From NCBI GenBank assembly GCA_964406735.1, contig CAYOSU010000004.1:1782-65781 (forward strand): a DNA stretch of 64,000 nt, written 5' to 3'. The notes under the pieces are model-generated. The model made no database searches. It was not told the origin of the DNA and saw only the letters and a list, made by a program, of their open reading frames with translations. Made by a program: the position numbers and the translations under genes. Below are positions 1 to 7,078 of this stretch, piece by piece. Numbering within the stretch: position 1 is the stretch's first letter; the number at the start of each line of letters is the position of its first letter. The stretch is from an uncultured Clostridia bacterium. Lineage in GTDB: Bacteria > Bacillota > Clostridia > Christensenellales > CAMQZB01.

Positions 1-107
1 TGATTAAAGCAATCTTTTTTTGTTTTGGCGTAAGTATATACTCGTTTGCCTTTGTAGAGAAAAGAACCCTCGTACTGATTGCCTTTCAGGCGGATATTGC
101 AAAACAT
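1..107 (-). CDS. N-terminal fragment of a probable tyrosine integrase (arm-type DNA-binding N-terminus); gene runs off the left edge
   Basis: Minus-strand ATG at 105-107, 3 nt after the stop of the upstream ORF. Translation MFCNIRLKGNQYEGSFLYKGKRVYTYAKTKKDCFN resembles the G.Y.G.F...GKR...Y.KTKKE arm-binding N-terminus of phage/ICE integrases. Only 35 codons are visible. Confidence 0.4.
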   Translation of the reverse strand, partial: MFCNIRLKGNQYEGSFLYKGKRVYTYAKTKKDCFN

Positions 108-110
108 AGG

Positions 111-566
111 CTATAAGTCCAAGTCCTCGATAGACGTATACACGGTATTCCACTCTTCGGCGGAGTAGTTGTGAGTAAGCATTTGCGGACTTTCTTTTTT
201 ATAATTTTTTCTTTTATTTATTATATTTATATTATTCTCTGCGACATTTTTGTCACGGGGTGGTGACATTTTTGTCACGAGGGGGTATGACACGATACGA
301 CGAGATAAAATCTCTTTTGAGTTCTCTTTATAGATGACCTCGATAGTTATATATTTTTTATCCGAAAGCGAAGCGAGCCAACGTTGAATAGTCCTGTTAT
401 CTACGTTAAAAAGTTCTGCGAAATATTTGTTGCTTGCAAAGCAATAGCCTTTGGCGTTGGATAAAGCGGTAATCTCCGCAAAAAGAAGTTTAGCGTTAGC
501 GTGCAGCTCTTTATCGTAACGAACGTTTGCAGGAATAACGGCATAGAAATTACATTGCATATCCAT
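111..566 (-). CDS. Helix-turn-helix protein of the DnaD / replication-initiator-like type found on phages and plasmids
   Basis: 151-aa ORF. N-terminal YAVIPANVRYD...AKLLFAEITALSN.KGYCFASN.YFAELFNV..RTIQRWLASL is the typical winged-HTH module of mobile-element replication/primosome proteins. Its start overlaps the upstream stop (TAATG coupling). Confidence 0.6.
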   Translation of the reverse strand: MDMQCNFYAVIPANVRYDKELHANAKLLFAEITALSNAKGYCFASNKYFAELFNVDNRTIQRWLASLSDKKYITIEVIYKENSKEILSRRIVSYPLVTKMSPPRDKNVAENNINIINKRKNYKKESPQMLTHNYSAEEWNTVYTSIEDLDL

Positions 567-805
567 TACAGCACCTCGTCAAGCCAATAGGCGAAGAAAT
601 CACAGCTGCAAGGTATAACGCTCTCTAAAACGTCTATCTCGTCAAAAGTAAGTCTACCGTCTTGCTGTAAAAGAGCTATAAGCTCATTAAAGCGACATAA
701 AGCACCGCCGTTGAGTTTATCATAAGCAATGCTATCTTCGAAAGTGGTATCACTTTCAAAAGCAAGGCGTAGTACGCTACCGACCTTTAACCGAAAATTT
801 TTCAT
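566..805 (-). CDS. Hypothetical small protein (mobile-element context)
   Basis: ORF in the track is 566-841. I prefer the internal ATG at 803-805 (MKNFRLKV...), which has GGAG about 10 nt upstream. Its stop overlaps the start of the downstream gene. Confidence 0.45.
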   Translation of the reverse strand: MKNFRLKVGSVLRLAFESDTTFEDSIAYDKLNGGALCRFNELIALLQQDGRLTFDEIDVLESVIPCSCDFFAYWLDEVL

Positions 806-952
806 TTTTTTACTCTCCTGTGGGTATTTGGCATACACCATTATGGCGTATATATTGAGAATATCACGCCAAAGTGGAGTATGTCAAGGAAATAACACCA
901 CAAAGGAGTAAAATACGATATATGAGGCGATTTTGACGTCTGAGGAGGGTTT

Positions 953-1156
953 ATGAATAAGTTTGCAGAAAGATTGACCGAAGAACTCAAAGTAAAAGAG
1001 ATTAGTCAGAATAAATTTGCGAAAGTGATACAAGTAAATCAGCAAACCGTCAATAGATGGTGCAATGGTGATAGAGAGCCTAATTTTGATATGCTCGTAA
1101 CGATATGCAAGGAGTTGGATATATCTGCGGATTATCTACTCGGGATAGAAGACTAA
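953..1156 (+). CDS. XRE-family (Cro/CI-type) HTH transcriptional regulator
   Basis: 67 aa. ISQNKFAKVIQVNQQTVNRWCNGDREPNFDMLVTICKELDISADYLLG is a canonical HTH_3 domain. RGGAGG RBS; divergent from the replication-type genes. Confidence 0.85.
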   Translation: MNKFAERLTEELKVKEISQNKFAKVIQVNQQTVNRWCNGDREPNFDMLVTICKELDISADYLLGIED

Positions 1157-1190
1157 AACGGTAACAGGGGAAATAAAGCTGTTAACCGAA

Positions 1191-1223
1191 GGGTCGTCTG
1201 TTCAAACCAGACAGGGGGAGCCA
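1191..1223 (+). other. Orphan 3' fragment of a tRNA (T-arm, acceptor 3' strand, GCCA); putative att scar
   Basis: GTCTG-TTCAAAC-CAGAC (T stem/loop), then AGGGGGA, discriminator G and CCA. No matching 5' acceptor strand, D-arm or anticodon arm upstream, so this is not a complete tRNA. Confidence 0.6.
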
Positions 1224-1224
1224 A

Positions 1225-1250
1225 AAGCCTAGGTATTTCCTAGGCTTTTT
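1225..1250 (+). terminator. Rho-independent terminator
   Basis: AAGCCTAGG / CCTAGGCTT stem followed by a T-run, directly after the tRNA-like 3' end. Confidence 0.7.
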
Positions 1251-1497
1251 CTTTACGCAAAAACGGGTAAAAAGGCATAAAAAATACTCAATTGTGGAAA
1301 ACGACCGACGAGAAAACGTAGATAAAACCTAACAAAAACGGCACAACAAAAAATCTAATTGTGGAAAAAATACAAAAAGGTGCCATAAAAAGCGTATGAA
1401 ATAGCGTAAGAAAATACTCCTTTCTGCTGTTTATCGGATTTGTCGGGGCATTTAAAGCTATTGCAGTTGCAAATATGGTTTTGAGACTGTACATTTT

Positions 1498-1544
1498 TGT
1501 CGAATAATGTCGAAAATTGTCAAATTTCAGAAGATTTTGTCAAA
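1498..1544 (+). promoter_or_regulatory. Array of Spo0A-box heptamers (2x TGTCGAA, 2x TGTCAAA) with 10-bp phasing
   Basis: TGTCGAA at 1498-1504 and 1508-1514; TGTCAAA at 1518-1524 and 1538-1544. The array abuts the -35 of the downstream promoter. Confidence 0.55.
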
Positions 1545-1545
1545 A

Positions 1546-1576
1546 TTGACAAAAACCGAAAGAAATATGCTATAAT
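1546..1576 (+). promoter_or_regulatory. Sigma-A type promoter of the Spo0A_C gene
   Basis: TTGACA 1546-1551 and TATAAT 1571-1576. The spacer is 19 nt, which is long. TG lies 1 nt upstream of the -10. Confidence 0.45.
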
Positions 1577-1616
1577 ACATTCGTTTATAAATTATTTTAC
1601 AAAGGAGTGTATTTGT

Positions 1617-1979
1617 ATGGAAACATATATTTCAAATTTTTTACTGCAATGTGGTTTTTCTAAAAAGCATTGCGGATACCAATATTTGCATAATGCGATA
1701 ATGATCTATATCATAAACGGACTTGACGTGCGTATATTGGGAAGTCCTCTGTACGAGATATTGAGTGTGATTGCAAATGACAAATCGCCCAAGACCATTG
1801 AAAAGAACATCACGACTGCAATAGAGTGGGCGTATCTCAAAGGAGATATGGACTTTTTGGAGAAGAACGACATGTACGGGTTTAACGAGCGTGGCAGACC
1901 GACGAACGGTGAATTTATTGCGCTTGCCGCAACGAAGATCGCATATAAGATGTTACATAAGAGAATAGATAACAGATAG
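1617..1979 (+). CDS. Stand-alone Spo0A C-terminal (DNA-binding) domain protein, no receiver domain
   Basis: ATG 1617 with AAGGAG RBS. GYQYLHNAI, IEKNITTAIEWAY and RPTNGEFIA align with the GYLYLREAI / VERAIRHAIEVAW / KPTNSEFIA blocks of B. subtilis Spo0A residues ~150-260. Confidence 0.8.
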   Translation: METYISNFLLQCGFSKKHCGYQYLHNAIMIYIINGLDVRILGSPLYEILSVIANDKSPKTIEKNITTAIEWAYLKGDMDFLEKNDMYGFNERGRPTNGEFIALAATKIAYKMLHKRIDNR

Positions 1980-2033
1980 CGTTGTGGCTTATGAAAAACC
2001 CGCTTGATTTCAAATTGAAAATACCATTTTCGT

Positions 2034-2492
2034 ATGATACAATATTTATACGATAAGAAATCAGGAGGAATCAGAAAGTACAACTTAAAAGACTTATCAA
2101 TGATCTGCGGATTGACCGACAGAACGTTGAGAAACTATCTTAAAATGTGAATATTGGTCGGCGAAAAGGAAGATATTACGTGGAATTTCACAGACGAGCA
2201 AGTGTTGGCATTTTTAGAAAACGAATATGTAAGACCTGCGATAAAGGCCAAGCACAATGCGGCGTTATTCGATTATCTAAAATTTGAACCGTCAAAGGAA
2301 AACACGGTGTGTATCGTTCTTCGCTTGCAAAAAGAAGAGCCGAAGGCTGTAGCGGAGTTCTTCTGTAACGCCGTAACTAAGCGCAACGGACTGACGATGA
2401 CTTTTGACGAAAACAAAGTCATTCTCGTAGGCGATTTAGAGACCGTTTATAGCGTAATGGATGAATACCGTGCACTTAAAACCGTTGATTAA
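2034..2492 (+). pseudogene. MerR/excisionase-type HTH protein gene interrupted by an in-frame TGA (2148-2150)
   Basis: ATG 2034 gives MIQYLYDKKSGGIRKYNLKDLSMICGLTDRTLRNYLKM, then TGA, then in the same frame ILVGEKEDITWNFTDEQ... (track ORF 2154-2492). The HTH is split exactly at the usual YLK.G.L junction. Confidence 0.55.
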
Positions 2493-2521
2493 AAATAATT
2501 GGCATCAATAAAAATAGTCTG

Positions 2522-2555
2522 ATGGCAATTTTGCCAGCAGACTATTCTATTTATG
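2522..2555 (+). terminator. Hairpin / weak terminator
   Basis: AATAGTCTGaTGGCA...TGCCAgCAGACTATT long stem, but a poor T-tract. Confidence 0.45.
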
Positions 2556-2736
2556 AAAAGAATTCAGCGAATGAAAGATTTTCACAAGTATATAGCATCC
2601 TTTGTCCTTAAATTAAGTCAATATATATGATAAATTTTATCAATAAATGTTGCCTTTTTGTTTTGTATAATATCAATAAAGAAGTAATGTGCGGATTTTT
2701 TTACAACAAACCGTTACTATAAAGGAGCGACTCACT

Positions 2737-5277
2737 ATGAAAGCGATAAACTTAAAAACAGCTCATTTAGACAAGCCTCTTGGAATTGATGTGATTCATC
2801 CGTTATTAACGTGGAATGTAATAAACGGGGAAAGTCAAACTGCATATCAAATTATTGCGACTTGCGACGGTAAAGTGGTTTGGGATACAGATAAGGTAGC
2901 AAGCAATTCTATGCAAGCCGAGTATAAGGGACTTGCAGAAAGTCGCAAGTGCATTGAATGGCGCATTAGGGTATGGGATGAAAACGACGTGGTAAGCGAG
3001 TGGAGCGATACGACGCATTTTGAGTATGCTTTTTTAGACAAGAATGAGTGGAAAGCAAAATGGATAACCCCCGAAACGTTTGCGTTTAACTCCGATGAAA
3101 ATCAACCTGCGTCTGTTATTAAGAAGAGTTTTAGCCTTGAAAAACTTGGTAAAGCACGAGCATATGTTACTTCGCACGGAATATATGCATTGTATATAAA
3201 CGGTATGCGAATCAAGGACAATTTATTAACGCCCGGGACAAGCGAATATTGGTATAGATTGCCATATCAGACGTATGACGTTTCAAAATATTTGGCACTT
3301 GAAGAAAACGAGATAAAGGTCGTCTTAGGCGATGGATGGTACCGAGGCTGTAACGGCAATATGGGTACTCGTAACGTATTTGGAACGGACGTTGCGTTAT
3401 TGTTGCAGCTTGAGATTGACGAAAAACCCGTTTTGGTGACCGACGAGAGCTGGATCGCGGCACAGGACGGAGAGATATACTTCAACGATATTCAGCTTGG
3501 CGAAAAGATCGACGCAAGAAAAACGCCGACAGCTTTTCACGGTGTGAAGGTACAAGATTTTGGTTGCGATAATTTGATATGCACTAATACTTTGCCTATT
3601 TGCGAAAGAGAGACGTTTAAGGCAAAGCTAATAAATACTCCCGACGGGAGTATCGTCCTTGATTTCGGGCAGAATATATCGGGGTACGTTTCGTTTAAGT
3701 TAAATGCAAAAGACGGTCAGCGTATAAAAATGACCCACGGTGAGTATTTGGATTCAAACGGAAATTTTTCAGACTCGAATTTTGAAACTATCGGTAGAAA
3801 GCAACAGCTTCACCAGGTTGTAGATTATATATGTAAGGACGGCGTTAACGAGTATTGTCCAACGCTTTGCATATTCGGTTTCCAAATGGTTAAGATAGAG
3901 ACCGACGTCGCAATTACAGGCGAAGAGTTTATTGCTCACGCAGTTTATTCCGATATGGCTGAGACTGCCGAATTTGAATGTGATAAGCCACTAGTGAATA
4001 AACTGTTTAAAAACACCGTATGGAGTCAGAAGTCAAACTTCGTAGACGTGCCAACGGACTGCCCTCAGAGAGAACGGAGCGGATGGACGGGCGATGCAGG
4101 AGTATTCGTTTCGACGGGATTAATGCTTATGGACTCGTATCCTGTTTTTGAAAGATGGCTTGGCGAATGCCGTGTGGATCAATATGAGGACGGCAGGGTA
4201 TATAATATGTCTCCTAGACGACAGTCTAAGCCAAGTAAGCTCGATGAGATGTACGACGGATCTTGCGGTTGGGGAGATGCAACGGTAATAGTACCGTATG
4301 CGATGTACAAGCTGTACGGCGATAAGAAGATACTGGAAGAAAACTACGATATGATGTGTCGTTGGCTTGGCTATTGCGAAAAGAAAGCCGGGAAGCACAG
4401 ATTGAAAAATCTTTTCAAAAAGAATCCGTATAAAAAATATATTATTGATACAGGTATACACTGGGGTGAGTGGCTTGAAGCAGGTGTTTCGACAAACGAA
4501 GCGATGAAAAATGTAATACTCAATGGCGTTCCTGAAATAGCAACGGCGTATTTTTCCTATAGCAGTCGTATAATGAGCGAGGTTGCAAAGATTTTAGGAA
4601 AACCCGAAGACGCAAAGAAGTTCTCCGAGCTTGCGGAAATAACAAAGCAAGCGTATAATTATCTAGAAGTCAAAAACGGCAGGATCTCGTCGGATAGACA
4701 GTGTCGTTTCGTTAGACCTTTATATATGGGGTTGCTTAATGAAGAAGGCAAAGCGAACGCCGCAAAAGATCTGAACGAACTCGTTGTTTCTAATGGCTAT
4801 CATTTGAATACGGGATTTTTAACGACACCGTATATTTGCAAAGTCTTAGCGGATAACGGTTATGTCGAAACGGCGTATAAGTTACTCCTGCAAGAGGACG
4901 CCCCCGGTTGGCTTTTTGCCGTCAAGAACGGAGCGACGACCATTTGGGAATCTTGGGAGGGAAATCTCGGAGCAACGGGCTTTGCGTCTCTTAATCATTA
5001 CTCAAAAGGTGCCGTCGTATCGTGGCTTATAGAAGGCATTTGCGGCATTTGCGTAAAGCAACAAGAGATAACAATCAAACCGCAGGTCTGTCCGCTTATG
5101 AAATTTGCAAGAGCAAGCTTTGATTCTCCTGTTGGCAGAATTGAGAGCAAGTGGGAGTATGAAGGCGAAGAAGTTCGATATGAAATAACCATTCCATCTA
5201 ATACTACTGCCCGTTTTGTCAGCCCTGACGGCGAGGTGGTAAAGCTACATCACGGAGTGAATGTTTTCACTTATTAA
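2737..5277 (+). CDS. Alpha-L-rhamnosidase, GH78
   Basis: ATG 2737 (MKAINLK) after AAGGAG. Typical GH78 blocks: PLLTWNV, ARAYVTSHGIYALYINGMRI, VPTDCPQRERSGWTGDAGVF, GATTIWESWEG. Confidence 0.9.
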   Translation: MKAINLKTAHLDKPLGIDVIHPLLTWNVINGESQTAYQIIATCDGKVVWDTDKVASNSMQAEYKGLAESRKCIEWRIRVWDENDVVSEWSDTTHFEYAFLDKNEWKAKWITPETFAFNSDENQPASVIKKSFSLEKLGKARAYVTSHGIYALYINGMRIKDNLLTPGTSEYWYRLPYQTYDVSKYLALEENEIKVVLGDGWYRGCNGNMGTRNVFGTDVALLLQLEIDEKPVLVTDESWIAAQDGEIYFNDIQLGEKIDARKTPTAFHGVKVQDFGCDNLICTNTLPICERETFKAKLINTPDGSIVLDFGQNISGYVSFKLNAKDGQRIKMTHGEYLDSNGNFSDSNFETIGRKQQLHQVVDYICKDGVNEYCPTLCIFGFQMVKIETDVAITGEEFIAHAVYSDMAETAEFECDKPLVNKLFKNTVWSQKSNFVDVPTDCPQRERSGWTGDAGVFVSTGLMLMDSYPVFERWLGECRVDQYEDGRVYNMSPRRQSKPSKLDEMYDGSCGWGDATVIVPYAMYKLYGDKKILEENYDMMCRWLGYCEKKAGKHRLKNLFKKNPYKKYIIDTGIHWGEWLEAGVSTNEAMKNVILNGVPEIATAYFSYSSRIMSEVAKILGKPEDAKKFSELAEITKQAYNYLEVKNGRISSDRQCRFVRPLYMGLLNEEGKANAAKDLNELVVSNGYHLNTGFLTTPYICKVLADNGYVETAYKLLLQEDAPGWLFAVKNGATTIWESWEGNLGATGFASLNHYSKGAVVSWLIEGICGICVKQQEITIKPQVCPLMKFARASFDSPVGRIESKWEYEGEEVRYEITIPSNTTARFVSPDGEVVKLHHGVNVFTY

Positions 5278-5288
5278 GGAGAAAAATT

Positions 5289-6170
5289 ATGAAGAAAATA
5301 GCGGTAATAGGCTCATTAAATATGGATTTAACGGCGAAAGCACAGCGTATTCCATGCAAAGGAGAGACTGTTTCGGGCTGGGATCTAAAATACCTTCCCG
5401 GCGGTAAGGGCGCAAATCAAGCGGTGGCGGCAGCTCGTTTGGGTGGAAAAGTTGCGATGTACGGTTGCGTTGGCGATGACGCTTTTGCGGATAAGCTTAT
5501 AGAAAATTTAGTTCAAAACGGGGTTGACGCTTCTCATGTTAAAAGGGTTGCCGATACGTCAAGTGGAATCGCAATGATAACCGTAGCTGAAAACGATAAT
5601 TCAATAGTGGTCATTCCCGGCGCAAATAACTATGTAACGAAAGAATATCTGCATTCTGTAAAAGATTGCCTACTTGAGGCGGATATAGTAATTATGCAAA
5701 ACGAGATACCTCTTGAAAGTGTAATAGAGGCTATCGAAATGTTGGATGGCAAGGGCAAGGCGATAATATATAATCCTGCTCCCGTAGCTCCTCTTTTTGA
5801 CGGAGCGATGGTAAGGATAAGTTACCTTACACCAAACGAACACGAAGCGGCATTGCTTTTTCCGAAAAATGATGATTTAAGCAAGCTTTTGGAAAGCCAA
5901 AACGGAAAACTCATAGTAACGCTTGGTAAAGACGGCGTTGCGGCATGTGAGAACGGCAAAGTTATACATATTCCCGCAAGACCGGCAAAGGTGGTAGATA
6001 CTACTGGCGCAGGAGATACTTTCAACGGAGCATTTGCATATGCGTTGGCAAATGACTATAACTTGGAAAAAGCATTGTGCTTTGCTAACGTTGCGGCAAG
6101 CATTTCGACCGAAAGAGCAGGCGCTCAAGGCGGTATGCCAACGCTTGATGAAGTGATTGCAGAATTGTAA
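5289..6170 (+). CDS. rbsK: Ribokinase (PfkB family)
   Basis: GSLNMDL, GGKGANQAVAAARLG, and DTTGAGDTFNGAFAYAL (PfkB signature 2). Confidence 0.85.
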   Translation: MKKIAVIGSLNMDLTAKAQRIPCKGETVSGWDLKYLPGGKGANQAVAAARLGGKVAMYGCVGDDAFADKLIENLVQNGVDASHVKRVADTSSGIAMITVAENDNSIVVIPGANNYVTKEYLHSVKDCLLEADIVIMQNEIPLESVIEAIEMLDGKGKAIIYNPAPVAPLFDGAMVRISYLTPNEHEAALLFPKNDDLSKLLESQNGKLIVTLGKDGVAACENGKVIHIPARPAKVVDTTGAGDTFNGAFAYALANDYNLEKALCFANVAASISTERAGAQGGMPTLDEVIAEL

Positions 6171-6254
6171 AAAGGGAAGCCATTTAATAAAATCGCTTGA
6201 TATTCTTTTCCCGTAGGGGTATTATATAGATAATAAAACGACGGAGCGAGTGAT

Positions 6255-6767
6255 ATGAAATATTTGGTAGTTGTCGATATGCAAAACGACTTTATAAGCG
6301 GAAGCTTGGGAAGCGAACAGGCAAAAGGGATAGTTCAGAACGTAAAGCAAAAGCTTCAGTCGTTCGACGGACGGGTCATCTTTACGAGAGATACTCACAG
6401 CGAAAAGTATTTAAGGACTCAGGAAGGGAAGAAACTTCCCGTCGAGCATTGCATAAAGGGAACGGACGGCTGGGAGATATGCGACGAGCTAAAGCCGCTC
6501 GTTGAGACCGTTGTCGATAAAGGCACGTTCGGCAGCTTAGAGCTTCCCGGCGAGATAAAAAAAGAGCGCTCGAGGGTCGAGGAGATCGAGCTTTGCGGTC
6601 TTTGTACGGATATTTGCGTCATTTCAAACGCAATGATATTAAAAGCCGCTTTCCCCGAAACGAGGATAGTCGTCGATGCTAAGTGCTGTGCAGGCGTAAC
6701 GCAAGAAAGCCATGAGACAGCGCTTAACGCTATGCGTGCCGTCCAAATAGACGTAATTGAAGAGTAA
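6255..6767 (+). CDS. pncA: Isochorismatase-family cysteine hydrolase, probably nicotinamidase
   Basis: VVVDMQNDF, DTH...LPVEHCIKGTDGWEI, and CGLCTDICV (catalytic Cys), as in Gram-positive PncA. Confidence 0.65.
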   Translation: MKYLVVVDMQNDFISGSLGSEQAKGIVQNVKQKLQSFDGRVIFTRDTHSEKYLRTQEGKKLPVEHCIKGTDGWEICDELKPLVETVVDKGTFGSLELPGEIKKERSRVEEIELCGLCTDICVISNAMILKAAFPETRIVVDAKCCAGVTQESHETALNAMRAVQIDVIEE

Positions 6768-6785
6768 AAAGCAATAAAAACACCA

Positions 6786-6819
6786 AAGGGACAAGCCAAA
6801 ACGGCTTAGTCCCTTTTTA
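6786..6819 (+). terminator. Rho-independent terminator
   Basis: AAGGGACAAGCC / GGCTTAGTCCCTT followed by TTTT. Confidence 0.7.
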
Positions 6820-6930
6820 TATCAAAAAATCGCCGAGTATAGGGGAACTTAGTGATTTTAATGCAGTAGAGAGTATATATATTGCGAGCTATGATTGACA
6901 ATCGAGGAAAGTAAAGATATAATTGATATA

Positions 6931-6944
6931 TGTAATCGAATACA
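6931..6944 (+). promoter_or_regulatory. Candidate catabolite-responsive element (cre)
   Basis: TGTAATCGAATACA versus consensus TGWAANCGNTNWCA (one mismatch), about 135 nt upstream of the GH3 gene. Confidence 0.35.
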
Positions 6945-7078
6945 CTTTTTGAAAGGCTCGTTAAAAGTGAAGAGGGAGAGAGAAAAAGGTGTTGACCTTT
7001 TTAAGTGTAAGTAACGCTTTTTGCAAGCTATATTAGTGCAAATCGAATACAAACGGCTTAATTTAAGGAGAAAAGACA

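Larger units (their letters stand above)
1..1223. mobile_element. Right-hand end of an integrated element or prophage remnant, bounded by a tRNA 3' fragment
   Basis: Integrase N-terminus, replication-type HTH gene, divergent XRE repressor and a tRNA 3'-end fragment at 1191-1223. Visibly more AT-rich than the sugar genes to the right. The left boundary is outside the window. Confidence 0.45.

Noticed and set aside
1288-1494. 68-aa minus-strand ORF in the spacer after the att scar
   Set aside because: Hydrophobic, low-complexity translation of A/T-rich DNA, with no RBS and no recognisable family.
2148-2150. Genome-wide TGA reassignment (code 4 or 25) as the explanation for the in-frame TGA
   Set aside because: Many well-supported genes in the window terminate at TGA at the expected protein end (for example asp23-like 13716-13718, nusB 14117-14119, the response regulator 29955-29957, xseA 16152-16154). 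TGA is therefore a normal stop codon here.
7039-7054. Second copy of AATCGAATACA near the GH3 start as a second cre site
   Set aside because: The flanks do not fit the TGNAANCG register of cre (TGCAAATC…). Only the 6931-6944 copy matches the consensus.
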